Positions 1 through 8,329 of a DNA stretch of 26,022 nucleotides are shown here, in pieces. The notes under the pieces were generated by a model. It ran no database searches. It was given only the letters and a program-made list of their open reading frames with translations, and was not told where the DNA came from. The stretch's first letter is position 1, and every line of letters starts with the position of its first letter. Origin of the DNA: an uncultured Eubacteriales bacterium (lineage in GTDB: Bacteria; Bacillota; Clostridia; Christensenellales; Borkfalkiaceae); NCBI GenBank assembly GCA_902766475.1, contig CACXDQ010000033.1, forward strand, positions 1-26,022, written 5' to 3'. Position numbers and translations under genes: made by a program.

Positions 1-21
1 AGAAAAAAGCCCTTTTTTCAT
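1..21 (-). CDS. 5' end of a divergent gene running off the window (MKKGLFS...)
   Basis: Minus-strand ATG at 21, G-rich SD (GGGGGG, 28-33) and a strong divergent promoter upstream. Only 7 codons are visible, so the product is unknown. Confidence 0.55.
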
Positions 22-68
22 TATGATCCCCCCTTGTTTTTCTTTGCGTTTAACAAACCTACGTTTGT

Positions 69-97
69 ATTATAACATAAAACATAAGGCAAGTCAA
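69..97 (-). promoter_or_regulatory. Divergent sigma70/sigmaA promoter
   Basis: Minus strand reads TTGACT (97-92), 17 nt, TATAAT (74-69), with an extended TG. Confidence 0.7.
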
Positions 98-141
98 ATA
101 AAAAATATTTTTGTTAGCCATAAAAAACTTTTGAATAACAG

Positions 142-169
142 TTGACAAACAAAAAAATATGCGTATAAT
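142..169 (+). promoter_or_regulatory. sigmaA promoter of the iron-uptake operon
   Basis: TTGACA (142-147), 16 nt, TATAAT (164-169). Confidence 0.75.
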
Positions 170-179
170 ATATTGTGTA

Positions 180-327
180 AGTTAGCTGAGGCGAACTTTT
201 TTTAAAGGAAGATTGTTAGTTTTAACAAACTTTTTTAAAGGAAGGTTGTTAGTTTTAACAAACTTTTTTTAAAGGTCAAAGTTAGCTAAGGCAAACTGCA
301 AAATCAAAACGTTAGTAAAGGCAACAA
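180..327. promoter_or_regulatory. Array of five GTTAG-N6-C(T/A/G)AAC operator-like palindromes (DtxR/MntR-family geometry)
   Basis: AGTTAG-ctgagg-CGAACT 180-197, TGTTAG-ttttaa-CAAACT 214-231 and 247-264, AGTTAG-ctaagg-CAAACT 280-297, degenerate CGTTAG-taaagg-CAACAA 310-327. A perfect copy lies at 11208-11225. Confidence 0.65.
198..275. repeat. 33-bp tandem repeat (two near-identical units plus a partial unit)
   Basis: TTTTTTAAAGGAAG(A/G)TTGTTAGTTTTAACAAAC at 198-230 and 231-263 with 1 mismatch. A partial third unit extends to 275. Confidence 0.9.
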
Positions 328-351
328 CAAGCCGATACGGGAAGTAATACA

Positions 352-1722
352 ATGAACGTTAAAAAGAGCGTTATATTGAAGGTTTTTTCGGTGATAGCCG
401 CCGCACTCATTCTGTTTATGTGGTTTACGGCGACGCCGAAAACGGAAGCGTTCGCCGCCGATACGTATTATAAGACGTACAGAAAGTGGAAGGCGACGAA
501 GGCGGAAGATTACGTCGTGAATTACAACGACGTTGCCGAGGAGATAGGCAAGCTTTTAGACGGCGGGCTTGAAATTTACGAGAACGCTACCGAGAAAGAA
601 GATTATGCCGAAGCTTACGATTGTTTTTCAAAGGCATACGGAAGCTGGTATGAAACTTCGGGTTTCGAGAAAAAGACCTTGGGGCTTATATCGAGTTCGA
701 GAGTTACCGTCGTTGAATTGCAGTTCGCCAACGTAAAGAACGTGGCGAGCGCAGAGAGCAAGGACAACGTTTTTGAGCTTAAAGGCGAGATAGAAACGTT
801 GAAAACGTATCTCAAAGAGGACGGCGAAAAATTGAGCCCCAAAGACGGCGGCGGCTCGCTCGGTTGGGCGACGTTCGTGGGCTGTTTCACGATAATGCTG
901 AGAGAGGGCTTAGAGGCAATACTGATCATTGCGGCGATGGTTGCTTACCTCATTAAATCGGGAAATAAGTCAAAGGCGAAAGCCATCTATATCGGCGCAG
1001 GTGCGGCGATAGCGGCGAGCGTTTTAACGGCGTTCATTATAGGTTTCGTCCTTAAAAGCGTCGAGGGAATAGCTTATGCGCAAGAGATTATAGAGGGCGT
1101 TACGGCACTGATAGCCGTCGCCGTACTCATTTACGTTTCAAACTGGATGATATCCAAAGCCGAGGGCGAGGCGTGGAACAAATACCTCACGGGCAAGGTT
1201 TCCTCGTCCGTTTCGAACGGAAAGACGATAGCGCTCGGGTTTACGGCGTTTCTCGCCGTGTACAGAGAGGGTGCGGAAGTAATTCTCTTCTATCAGCCGT
1301 TCGTGTCCTCGTCGGAGAGCTTATTCCCCGTAATAGGCGGGCTTTTGGCAGGTCTGTTGGTCGTTGCGGCGGTATTCGTACTCATCAGAGTATTCGGTAT
1401 AAAGCTTCCGCTTAAACCTTTCTTTATGATAACGAGCGGGTTTATGGCGTTGATGTCGATAGCCTTCCTCGGCTCGGGCATAAAGGAGCTTATCGAAGGG
1501 CAAGTTATCACGGCGGGCACTATAAAGGGGCTTGGCTGGATGGAAAACGACGTGTTCGCATTCTTCGGTATATATCCCGTCCGGGCGACGCTCATTCCTC
1601 AGCTTGTACTGCTGGTTATCACCGTCGTTACGTTTATACTTCATATAAGGCACAATAAAAAACTGAGGCTAAAAGCAGAACAAGCCGAACAGGCTGAAAA
1701 TGCCGAACACATTACAAGGTGA
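352..1722 (+). CDS. FTR1-family iron permease with N-terminal extracytoplasmic domain
   Basis: Two REXXE motifs (LREGLE, YREGAE), multiple TM helices, and an N-terminal signal/anchor plus soluble domain. Confidence 0.92.
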   Translation: MNVKKSVILKVFSVIAAALILFMWFTATPKTEAFAADTYYKTYRKWKATKAEDYVVNYNDVAEEIGKLLDGGLEIYENATEKEDYAEAYDCFSKAYGSWYETSGFEKKTLGLISSSRVTVVELQFANVKNVASAESKDNVFELKGEIETLKTYLKEDGEKLSPKDGGGSLGWATFVGCFTIMLREGLEAILIIAAMVAYLIKSGNKSKAKAIYIGAGAAIAASVLTAFIIGFVLKSVEGIAYAQEIIEGVTALIAVAVLIYVSNWMISKAEGEAWNKYLTGKVSSSVSNGKTIALGFTAFLAVYREGAEVILFYQPFVSSSESLFPVIGGLLAGLLVVAAVFVLIRVFGIKLPLKPFFMITSGFMALMSIAFLGSGIKELIEGQVITAGTIKGLGWMENDVFAFFGIYPVRATLIPQLVLLVITVVTFILHIRHNKKLRLKAEQAEQAENAEHITR

Positions 1723-1812
1723 ATAAACTTGTCGAAGCTAAAGGCGAAATTAACGCCCACCGTAAAAAGACAAGATAAATTCTTATAAAAAAATAAAAAG
1801 GAGTCATGTAAC

Positions 1813-2412
1813 ATGAAAAGCAAATTTTTGAAATTACTTGCAAGCTTTATGCTTATTTCCGTCTTTGCATTTGCAATGGTAGCGTGCGACGACGCAGCTA
1901 CAAGCGAAAAGAAAGCTGACGAAGAGCCGGGTGAAGAAGAGGATCTCGGTTTCTCCGAAGTCGAGATATTCGCCGGTGAAAAGTGGGCTGAGGGCTACCT
2001 CGCCATGAACGGCGTTTACTTCCAGGCCGTAACGATGAACGGCGGAACGAGCAAAGAGGACGCTGACTGCCACCTCGAACTCGACGTTTCGGCTATGAAG
2101 GGCAACAAATTCGGCTTCGGCGAAGGCGACTGGGTACCCTATCTTACCGTAAACTATGAAGTTACCAAAGACGGCGAAACAATTTCTTCGGGAACGTTCA
2201 TGCCGATGGCTGCTTCCGACGGTCCTCACTACGGCGCAAACATAAAGATGGCAGGCAACGGCGATTACACCGTTAAGTTTACCGTTTCCTATCCCGGAAC
2301 GGATACTTACCTCATCCACACCGATGAAACCGGCCCCGGAGCGGTTTATCCCACCGCTTCCTACACCTTTGAAAAGACTTGGAACTACATTTTCGGATCT
2401 TGGGAAGAATAA
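1813..2412 (+). CDS. P19/Tp34-type iron (Cu/Fe)-binding lipoprotein
   Basis: Lipobox-like MVAC. Motifs VYFQAVTM, HLELD, MPMAASDGPHYGANIKM and HTDETG carry the His/Met metal ligands typical of P19. Confidence 0.9.
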   Translation: MKSKFLKLLASFMLISVFAFAMVACDDAATSEKKADEEPGEEEDLGFSEVEIFAGEKWAEGYLAMNGVYFQAVTMNGGTSKEDADCHLELDVSAMKGNKFGFGEGDWVPYLTVNYEVTKDGETISSGTFMPMAASDGPHYGANIKMAGNGDYTVKFTVSYPGTDTYLIHTDETGPGAVYPTASYTFEKTWNYIFGSWEE

Positions 2413-2467
2413 TTCGATAATTTGAAAATGCGTATTTGTTGGCTTTACGGGACAATATGATTTTCAT

Positions 2468-2503
2468 TTGCAAAACCGACGGGATAGCCCGTCGGTTTTG
2501 CAA
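2468..2503. terminator. Perfect 16-bp hairpin after the P19 gene (terminator or mRNA stabiliser)
   Basis: TTGCAAAACCGACGGG-atag-CCCGTCGGTTTTGCAA, with no clear U-tract. Confidence 0.6.
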
Positions 2504-2628
2504 GTGTTATGGAAAAAGTATTTTTATTAAAAAAATATACTTATACGTTGTCTTATTCCGCTTTAAAATACTATATATGAAATAATAAAAGCTTAAAAAC
2601 GGCTTTTAATACAATAAAGGAAAATCAA

Positions 2629-4197
2629 ATGCTCACATATCTAATAAGCGTTACGGACAGATTGCTCATTCTATCGATACTTACTGGCGTGGCTATCTCG
2701 TTTGCGGGTGCGTTTTATCTTGAAAGGGGAAAGCTTATCGTCAAAATAGGTCTTGTGGCGGGGCTTTTAGCCGCAATTGTCCGTGCGATAATAACTAACA
2801 GCGTAAGAATAAAGGCGTCGTGGACGTACAGTTCCGTCTATTACGGAATAGTTATCGGTCTGTTTATCGTCGCCGCAATTCTCGCAATACTTTCGGCGTT
2901 GCCACTCATAAAAAAGAGGGCAAAGCTCAAAACTGCGTTCGATATAGCTATCCCGTCGGTCATTGCGGCGGTATTGCTTCTTCTCGCATTCATCTTTTTG
3001 CCGACGGTCTACGCCTATCCCTTCAAATTCGACGCCGGCGAATCGGTCTTATCTACCGACTTTTTATTCCGCTTGGCGGGCTGGGCGCTCGGCATAATCG
3101 TCTGCGTGTGCGCAGGCGTCGCTTCGTATAAACTTTCGGAGCAGGCGGCGGCAAAGGGCTTGAAAGGAATGGTTGCGGTTATATTTACGGGCGTTTCCGT
3201 AATAGAGCTTATATACGTCCTCGCAAGGCAGATGACGCTTTTGGCGCCGAGGAGAATCGTTAAAAGTCAGTTCTTATTCAACTTTGCTTCTGGTAGCGGT
3301 AATCACGAATATCTCTATACATATTTTGCGCTCGGTCTGCTCGCCGTTTTTGCGATAATTCTCATCGTAAAGGGAGTTACGCAGAACGAGCCGTATAAAA
3401 ACCCCGCCGAAAGGAGAAAGATAAGGGCTTCATGGCGAAACGCATACAGACAGGTTGCCGTACTCACGGTTTGCGCCGTCGTCGGCGTGCTTTGTCTGAC
3501 GTGGTTTGTCGCTCTCAATACGACCGTCATCGCCGAAGTTCCCGTCGAGGAATGCGAAGTTATAAGCGCAGTTTTCGGCGGCGACAGATTTATGTCTTTC
3601 GAGGTTTCTTCCGAGGAGGATATTTCTTCGGCTACAATGGTTACCGTCAATGGTAAAAACTGGAAGGGCGTTACCACGAAAAGCGGCGAAAACAAATATA
3701 TTTTAAACACTTTCGTCGGAAATACCGAGCTTGACGTTTACGATATGGTCTGGTATAGCGGAAGCGCCGAAATGTTTTCCGCATCGTATAAAAAAGCGGC
3801 GGAAGAGGGCGAAACTTCCGTTAAACTTATAAAGACTTACAGCGAGAAAGAAGATTGTCTGTACGTTCCGATAGATATTGTGAGCGACGGGCACCTTCAC
3901 CGCTTCGGCTACACCACCGAAAGGGGCTTTAAAACGAGGTTTATAGTTATCAGAAAACCCAATTCGAGCCTTTACGGAGTGGGGCTTGACGCTTGCGATA
4001 TTTGCGGCGAAGCGGGATACTATGAGAGAAACGATCAGATAGTTTGTAAAAAATGCGACGTCGTTATGAACGTCAACACGATAGGCTTTAAAGGCGGCTG
4101 CAACCCGATAGTTATCGACTATACCGTCGATTACGAAAACGGTTACGTCATTGTTCCGACGGCGGCGCTAATACTAAACGAAGAAGAATTCAAGTGA
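2629..4197 (+). CDS. Polytopic membrane protein with C-terminal DUF2318-type Cys-rich domain
   Basis: About 8 TM segments. The C-terminus has DGHLHRF, DACDICG, CKKC and GGCNPI, and the gene sits in its usual position in P19 clusters. Confidence 0.85.
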   Translation: MLTYLISVTDRLLILSILTGVAISFAGAFYLERGKLIVKIGLVAGLLAAIVRAIITNSVRIKASWTYSSVYYGIVIGLFIVAAILAILSALPLIKKRAKLKTAFDIAIPSVIAAVLLLLAFIFLPTVYAYPFKFDAGESVLSTDFLFRLAGWALGIIVCVCAGVASYKLSEQAAAKGLKGMVAVIFTGVSVIELIYVLARQMTLLAPRRIVKSQFLFNFASGSGNHEYLYTYFALGLLAVFAIILIVKGVTQNEPYKNPAERRKIRASWRNAYRQVAVLTVCAVVGVLCLTWFVALNTTVIAEVPVEECEVISAVFGGDRFMSFEVSSEEDISSATMVTVNGKNWKGVTTKSGENKYILNTFVGNTELDVYDMVWYSGSAEMFSASYKKAAEEGETSVKLIKTYSEKEDCLYVPIDIVSDGHLHRFGYTTERGFKTRFIVIRKPNSSLYGVGLDACDICGEAGYYERNDQIVCKKCDVVMNVNTIGFKGGCNPIVIDYTVDYENGYVIVPTAALILNEEEFK

Positions 4198-4207
4198 GGT
4201 GGCGGAA

Positions 4208-5518
4208 ATGTTTTTTTTCAGAATGATCAAAGGCGCATACATCCGCCAATGGAAAAAGATGCTTATAATTGCCGTTACGATAGCGCTCGGCGCTTCGATT
4301 GCGACGGCGATGTTAAACGTAATGCTCGACGTGGGCGACAAGATAAATCAGGAACTTAAAGCTTACGGCGCAAACATAACCGTCGTGTCAAAATCGGCTT
4401 CCGTCTTAAACAACCTCTACGAGATAGAGGACGACGGCAGTGTCGAGGTCGACGAGATGATAAAGGAAAACGACGTCGGCAAGTTAAAGACGATATTCTG
4501 GGCGTTCAACATAACCGACTTTGCACCCACGGTCGAAACGAGCGTTACCGTCGGCGGAGAAAAGCACAAGGTCGTCGGGACGTGGTTCAATCACACGTTA
4601 AAGCTCGTAACGGGCGAAACAGTGATAACGGGCGTTACCAATCTCCGCTCGTGGTGGGAAATAAAGAGCGGCAGATGGATAGACGAGCAAGCTTCGGAAA
4701 ACCTCGACGTCGCAATGATCGGAAAATCTTTTGCGGAAAAGCAAAATCTCAAAGTCGGAGATAAAATAGACGTTTCGGGTAGAGTTGTAGACGGCGAAAC
4801 GAAAACGGTAAGCTTAAAGGTCGTGGGTATATTCGAGGCGGGCGACGAGTCCGACGACGGGATATATGCGCCGCTTGAAAAAGTTCAATACCTTTCCGGC
4901 ACGGAAAATTACGTTCAGAAAATAGAGGTCAGCGCACTTACAACGCCCGACAACGAACTCGCTTTGAAGGCGGCGAAAGACGTAAATTCGCTGTCCATTG
5001 CGGAATACGAACTTTGGTATTGTACGGCTTACGTCAGCTCCATTTGTTACCAGATACAAGAGGCTATCCCGTATACGGTGGCGTCCGCTTTCCGTCAGAT
5101 AGCCGAATCTGAGGGCGATATACTCGACAAAACGCAGCTTTTGATGACGCTTATCACGATAATGAGTATGATAGGCGCAGCCCTCGGTATTTCCAACCTC
5201 GTAACTTCGAGCGTTATGGAAAGGAGCGGCGAGATAGGGCTTATGAAGGCTGTCGGGGCTAAAAATTCACAGATAATAATTTTGATTTTGACGGAGATAT
5301 TCATCACGGCGATAATAGGTGCGGTCGGCGGCTATTTCATGGGCTTCGGCTTTGCGCAGATAATAGGACACACGGTATTCGGCTCTTCTATAGAGATGAA
5401 CGGAATGGTTGCGTTTATCGTTGCGGTGATAATACTCGCCGTCACGCTCGTCGGAAGTTTCCCGGCGATAAGGCTAATGCTGAGGCTTCGCCCGTCCGAA
5501 GTTTTGCACGGCAGATAA
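4208..5518 (+). CDS. ABC transporter permease, MacB/FtsX-like (P19-cluster type)
   Basis: N-terminal TM, large extracytoplasmic domain, ERxxEIGLMKAVGA motif and 3 C-terminal TMs. Start placed at ATG 4208 (SD GAGGT 4196-4200); the track starts at GTG 4199. Confidence 0.88.
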   Translation: MFFFRMIKGAYIRQWKKMLIIAVTIALGASIATAMLNVMLDVGDKINQELKAYGANITVVSKSASVLNNLYEIEDDGSVEVDEMIKENDVGKLKTIFWAFNITDFAPTVETSVTVGGEKHKVVGTWFNHTLKLVTGETVITGVTNLRSWWEIKSGRWIDEQASENLDVAMIGKSFAEKQNLKVGDKIDVSGRVVDGETKTVSLKVVGIFEAGDESDDGIYAPLEKVQYLSGTENYVQKIEVSALTTPDNELALKAAKDVNSLSIAEYELWYCTAYVSSICYQIQEAIPYTVASAFRQIAESEGDILDKTQLLMTLITIMSMIGAALGISNLVTSSVMERSGEIGLMKAVGAKNSQIIILILTEIFITAIIGAVGGYFMGFGFAQIIGHTVFGSSIEMNGMVAFIVAVIILAVTLVGSFPAIRLMLRLRPSEVLHGR

Positions 5519-5531
5519 GAGGTTGATCGTC

Positions 5532-6689
5532 ATGAACAATAAACGCACGAAAATGTTTCTTAAAATGATAACGTCGTCTTTGATAAGAAGGCGTTCGAGA
5601 ATGATCATCGCACTTCTTGCGATAGTTGTCGGTGCGACGATACTTTCGGGGCTTGTAACCATTTATTACGACGTTCCGAGGCAGATGGGCGCACAGTTTC
5701 GTAATTACGGCGCAAACATGATATTCACGGCGTCGGGCGAAGAGCCGCTCACGCAGGAAAACGTAGAAAAGGGAATTTCGTATATTCCCAAAAACGAACT
5801 TGTCGGCTACACGCCGTACAGATATGAAACGGTGAGAATAAACGAACAGCCCGTATTGGTCGCCGGAACGGATATTAAGGGCACGGAAGCCACAAGCCCG
5901 TACTGGTACATAAACGGCAACAGACCGACGGCAAACGGTCAGGTACTCGTCGGTAAAAACGTCGCAAATCTATTGGGCGTAAAGGTCGGCTCTACGGTGG
6001 AGATACACTATTACGACAACGAAGCCGAGAAGAGCGACGACGATATAGATCTCGGCACGACGATGTTCGTTACGGGCATACTCGAAACGGGAAGCTCCGA
6101 AGAAGATTACCTCTATATGTCGCTCGCCGATCTTGCGGAAATTACCGAAAAAGTCGGCAGCTACAACGTCGTCGAGATAAGCGTTTCGACTTCGGGAGCA
6201 AATCTCGAAAAGTATATCGAGCGCATAGATTCAAACGTAGAGGGCGTAAAGGCAAGGCTTATAAAGAGGGTCACGTCGTCCGAAGGCGCTGTGCTTACCA
6301 AACTTCAATCTCTCGTATTTATCGTTACGGCGGTAATTTTAGTTCTTACGATGATATGCGTTGCGACGACGATGACGGCTGTCATTGCGGAGAGAAGAAA
6401 GGAGATAGGGCTCAGAAAGGCGCTCGGCGCTTCAAATTCGAGCATCGTGGGCGAATTTATGGGCGAGGGCTTGCTTCTCGGCGGTATAGGCGGAATACTA
6501 GGCTCGGTACTTGGCTTTGTGTTTGCGGAGATAGTCAGCGTAAACGTATTTTCAAGCTCGATAACGTTCAGACCGCTGATTCTCGTGATAAGCGTAGTCG
6601 TTTCCGTCATCGTTACGGGTGCGGCGTGCCTGATTCCTATCAAGAGCGCAACGGAGATAGATCCGGCACTCATATTAAAGGGCGAATAA
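5532..6689 (+). CDS. ABC transporter permease, MacB/FtsX-like
   Basis: ERRKEIGLRKALGA motif and MacB topology. Start placed at ATG 5532 (SD AAGAGG); the track starts at TTG 5523. Confidence 0.88.
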   Translation: MNNKRTKMFLKMITSSLIRRRSRMIIALLAIVVGATILSGLVTIYYDVPRQMGAQFRNYGANMIFTASGEEPLTQENVEKGISYIPKNELVGYTPYRYETVRINEQPVLVAGTDIKGTEATSPYWYINGNRPTANGQVLVGKNVANLLGVKVGSTVEIHYYDNEAEKSDDDIDLGTTMFVTGILETGSSEEDYLYMSLADLAEITEKVGSYNVVEISVSTSGANLEKYIERIDSNVEGVKARLIKRVTSSEGAVLTKLQSLVFIVTAVILVLTMICVATTMTAVIAERRKEIGLRKALGASNSSIVGEFMGEGLLLGGIGGILGSVLGFVFAEIVSVNVFSSSITFRPLILVISVVVSVIVTGAACLIPIKSATEIDPALILKGE

Positions 6690-6702
6690 GGAGATAAATA
6701 AA

Positions 6703-7377
6703 ATGAGTTTACTTGAAATAAGAAACGTATCTAAGATATACGGCGAATTAAAGGCACTCGACAATATTAATTTGAAGGTCGAAGATGGCGAATGGCTCGC
6801 CATAATGGGTCCGTCGGGCTCGGGTAAAAGCACGATGATGAACATTATCGGCTGTATGGATAAGCCGTCTATGGGCGAAGTGCTTTTGGACGGAAAGGAC
6901 ATTTCCAAAGAGAGCGAGAAAAATCTCACGTCGATAAGAAGGGATAAGATAGGTCTTATCTTCCAGCAATTCCACCTCGTAAGCTATATGAGCGCAGTCG
7001 AAAACGTAATGCTCTCGCAGTATTATCACAGTATGCCCGACGAGAAAGAGGCGCTCGAAGCGCTCGAAAGGGTAGGGCTTAAAGAGAGGGCGAAACACCT
7101 TCCCAGCCAGCTTTCGGGCGGCGAACAGCAGAGGGTTTGCGTGGCGAGGGCGCTTATAAACCACCCCGAAATAATTCTTGCCGACGAGCCGACGGGAAAC
7201 CTTGACGAGGCGAACGAAAATATCGTAATAGATATCTTCCGCCAACTTCACAAAGAGGGCACGACGCTCATCGTCGTAACGCACGATCCCGAAGTGGGCG
7301 AGGTTGCGGAGAGAATGATAAGGCTCGAACACGGCAGAATAATAAGCGACGTTAAAAACGAAAATTTCAGAGGCTAA
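6703..7377 (+). CDS. ABC transporter ATP-binding protein (LolD/MacB-like)
   Basis: Walker A GPSGSGKS, signature LSGGEQQ, Walker B ILADEPTG. Confidence 0.95.
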   Translation: MSLLEIRNVSKIYGELKALDNINLKVEDGEWLAIMGPSGSGKSTMMNIIGCMDKPSMGEVLLDGKDISKESEKNLTSIRRDKIGLIFQQFHLVSYMSAVENVMLSQYYHSMPDEKEALEALERVGLKERAKHLPSQLSGGEQQRVCVARALINHPEIILADEPTGNLDEANENIVIDIFRQLHKEGTTLIVVTHDPEVGEVAERMIRLEHGRIISDVKNENFRG

Positions 7378-7378
7378 C

Positions 7379-7822
7379 ATGAAGAGGATATTTGTTTTTA
7401 TTTTTGCAATAGTTCTCTCGCTTTTGGCACTTGTATCATGCGGAGGGGGAGAAGAGTATAACGACGGCGTTTACGAGGGCAAAAGCTCGGTATATTCGGG
7501 CGACGAGGACGACGGCGGCGCAGGTTACGGCGTGGTAACGATAACTATAAAGGACAACCTTATCACCGCTTGCACGTTCAACACGTTCGAGCCGGACGGA
7601 ACGCAGAAAGACGAAAATTACGGCAAGCAGAACGGTGAGATAGCCAATCGTGATTACTACAACAGAGCGCAAAGAGCTTTGAGGGCGAACGCCACTTACG
7701 AAAAGGCGATAGTCGCCTACGGCACTCTCGACAAGGTCGACGCAGTTTCGGGCGCAACGATTTCATTCGGACAATTTAAAGAAGCCGTCGAAAATGCCTT
7801 GCAAAAAGCAATCAAAAAGTAG
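7379..7822 (+). CDS. FMN-binding (flavinylated) lipoprotein
   Basis: Lipobox LVSC and flavinylation motif VDAVSGAT (7739-7759) in an FMN_bind-like context. Confidence 0.88.
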   Translation: MKRIFVFIFAIVLSLLALVSCGGGEEYNDGVYEGKSSVYSGDEDDGGAGYGVVTITIKDNLITACTFNTFEPDGTQKDENYGKQNGEIANRDYYNRAQRALRANATYEKAIVAYGTLDKVDAVSGATISFGQFKEAVENALQKAIKK

Positions 7823-7828
7823 TATAAT
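7799..7828 (+). promoter_or_regulatory. Possible internal promoter giving a leaderless mRNA for the gene at 7835
   Basis: TTGCAA (7799-7804), 18 nt, TATAAT (7823-7828). ATG lies 6 nt downstream with no good SD. Confidence 0.45.
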
Positions 7829-7834
7829 GGTAAT

Positions 7835-8329
7835 ATGAAGAATATTATCGCACATTTCTTAATAATATTTGTTTCGCTGCTCGTCATTTTAGGCGTGCCG
7901 ACCGTGCTGTATAAGGACTTTGTGTTCGGCGGCTCCGGCATTGACGCCCTATCCGGTGCGACGATAGAACTGCCCGACGCCCCGTCGGGCAATTATGTCA
8001 TACAGATGAACGTGAAAGACAAGTATTTTACTTCCGCTAAGGAATGGGATAACTTTTTCAACGAGAGAGATTACGACGTGCTTATGGAGGACGTGAATTG
8101 CCTTGTGGCGACAGGCGACGAAAGCGCATATAAGCTTGCGGAAAGATATATGGCAAGGCTTGCGGTAAACCAGATGAAAATAAGGCGTGAAAACGTTATG
8201 TTAACCGTTTCAAAGGCTGAAAATCGACTTATAGACATACTTATTATGTCCGAAGAGTATGCAGAGGCATATAAATTACAGCTTGAAACGGAGGGCGTAA
8301 AAACCATAAAGGTGGAGGGCAAGGCATGA
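7835..8329 (+). CDS. Uncharacterised membrane-anchored protein with flavinylation motif
   Basis: N-terminal hydrophobic helix followed by IDALSGAT (7943-7963). The stop overlaps the next start (ATGA). Confidence 0.7.
   Translation: MKNIIAHFLIIFVSLLVILGVPTVLYKDFVFGGSGIDALSGATIELPDAPSGNYVIQMNVKDKYFTSAKEWDNFFNERDYDVLMEDVNCLVATGDESAYKLAERYMARLAVNQMKIRRENVMLTVSKAENRLIDILIMSEEYAEAYKLQLETEGVKTIKVEGKA

Noticed and set aside
198-275. CRISPR array
   Set aside because: The units are contiguous 33-bp tandem copies without unique spacers, there are only about two, and no cas genes are present.
180-327. Fur boxes controlling the iron operon
   Set aside because: The sites fit TTAG-N6-CTAA, not GATAATGATAATCATTATC.
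176-351. Riboswitch in the long leader (FMN, NiCo, yybP)
   Set aside because: The leader is AT-rich and explained by repeated palindromic operators. I see no conserved aptamer core or terminator.
2457-2468. ATGATTTTCATT shared with the hairpin at 20298-20309
   Set aside because: Only 12 AT-rich bases match, and the flanks do not align.
2548-2576. Internal promoter before the DUF2318 gene
   Set aside because: TTGTCT has no well-spaced -10, and AT-rich DNA gives many chance matches.
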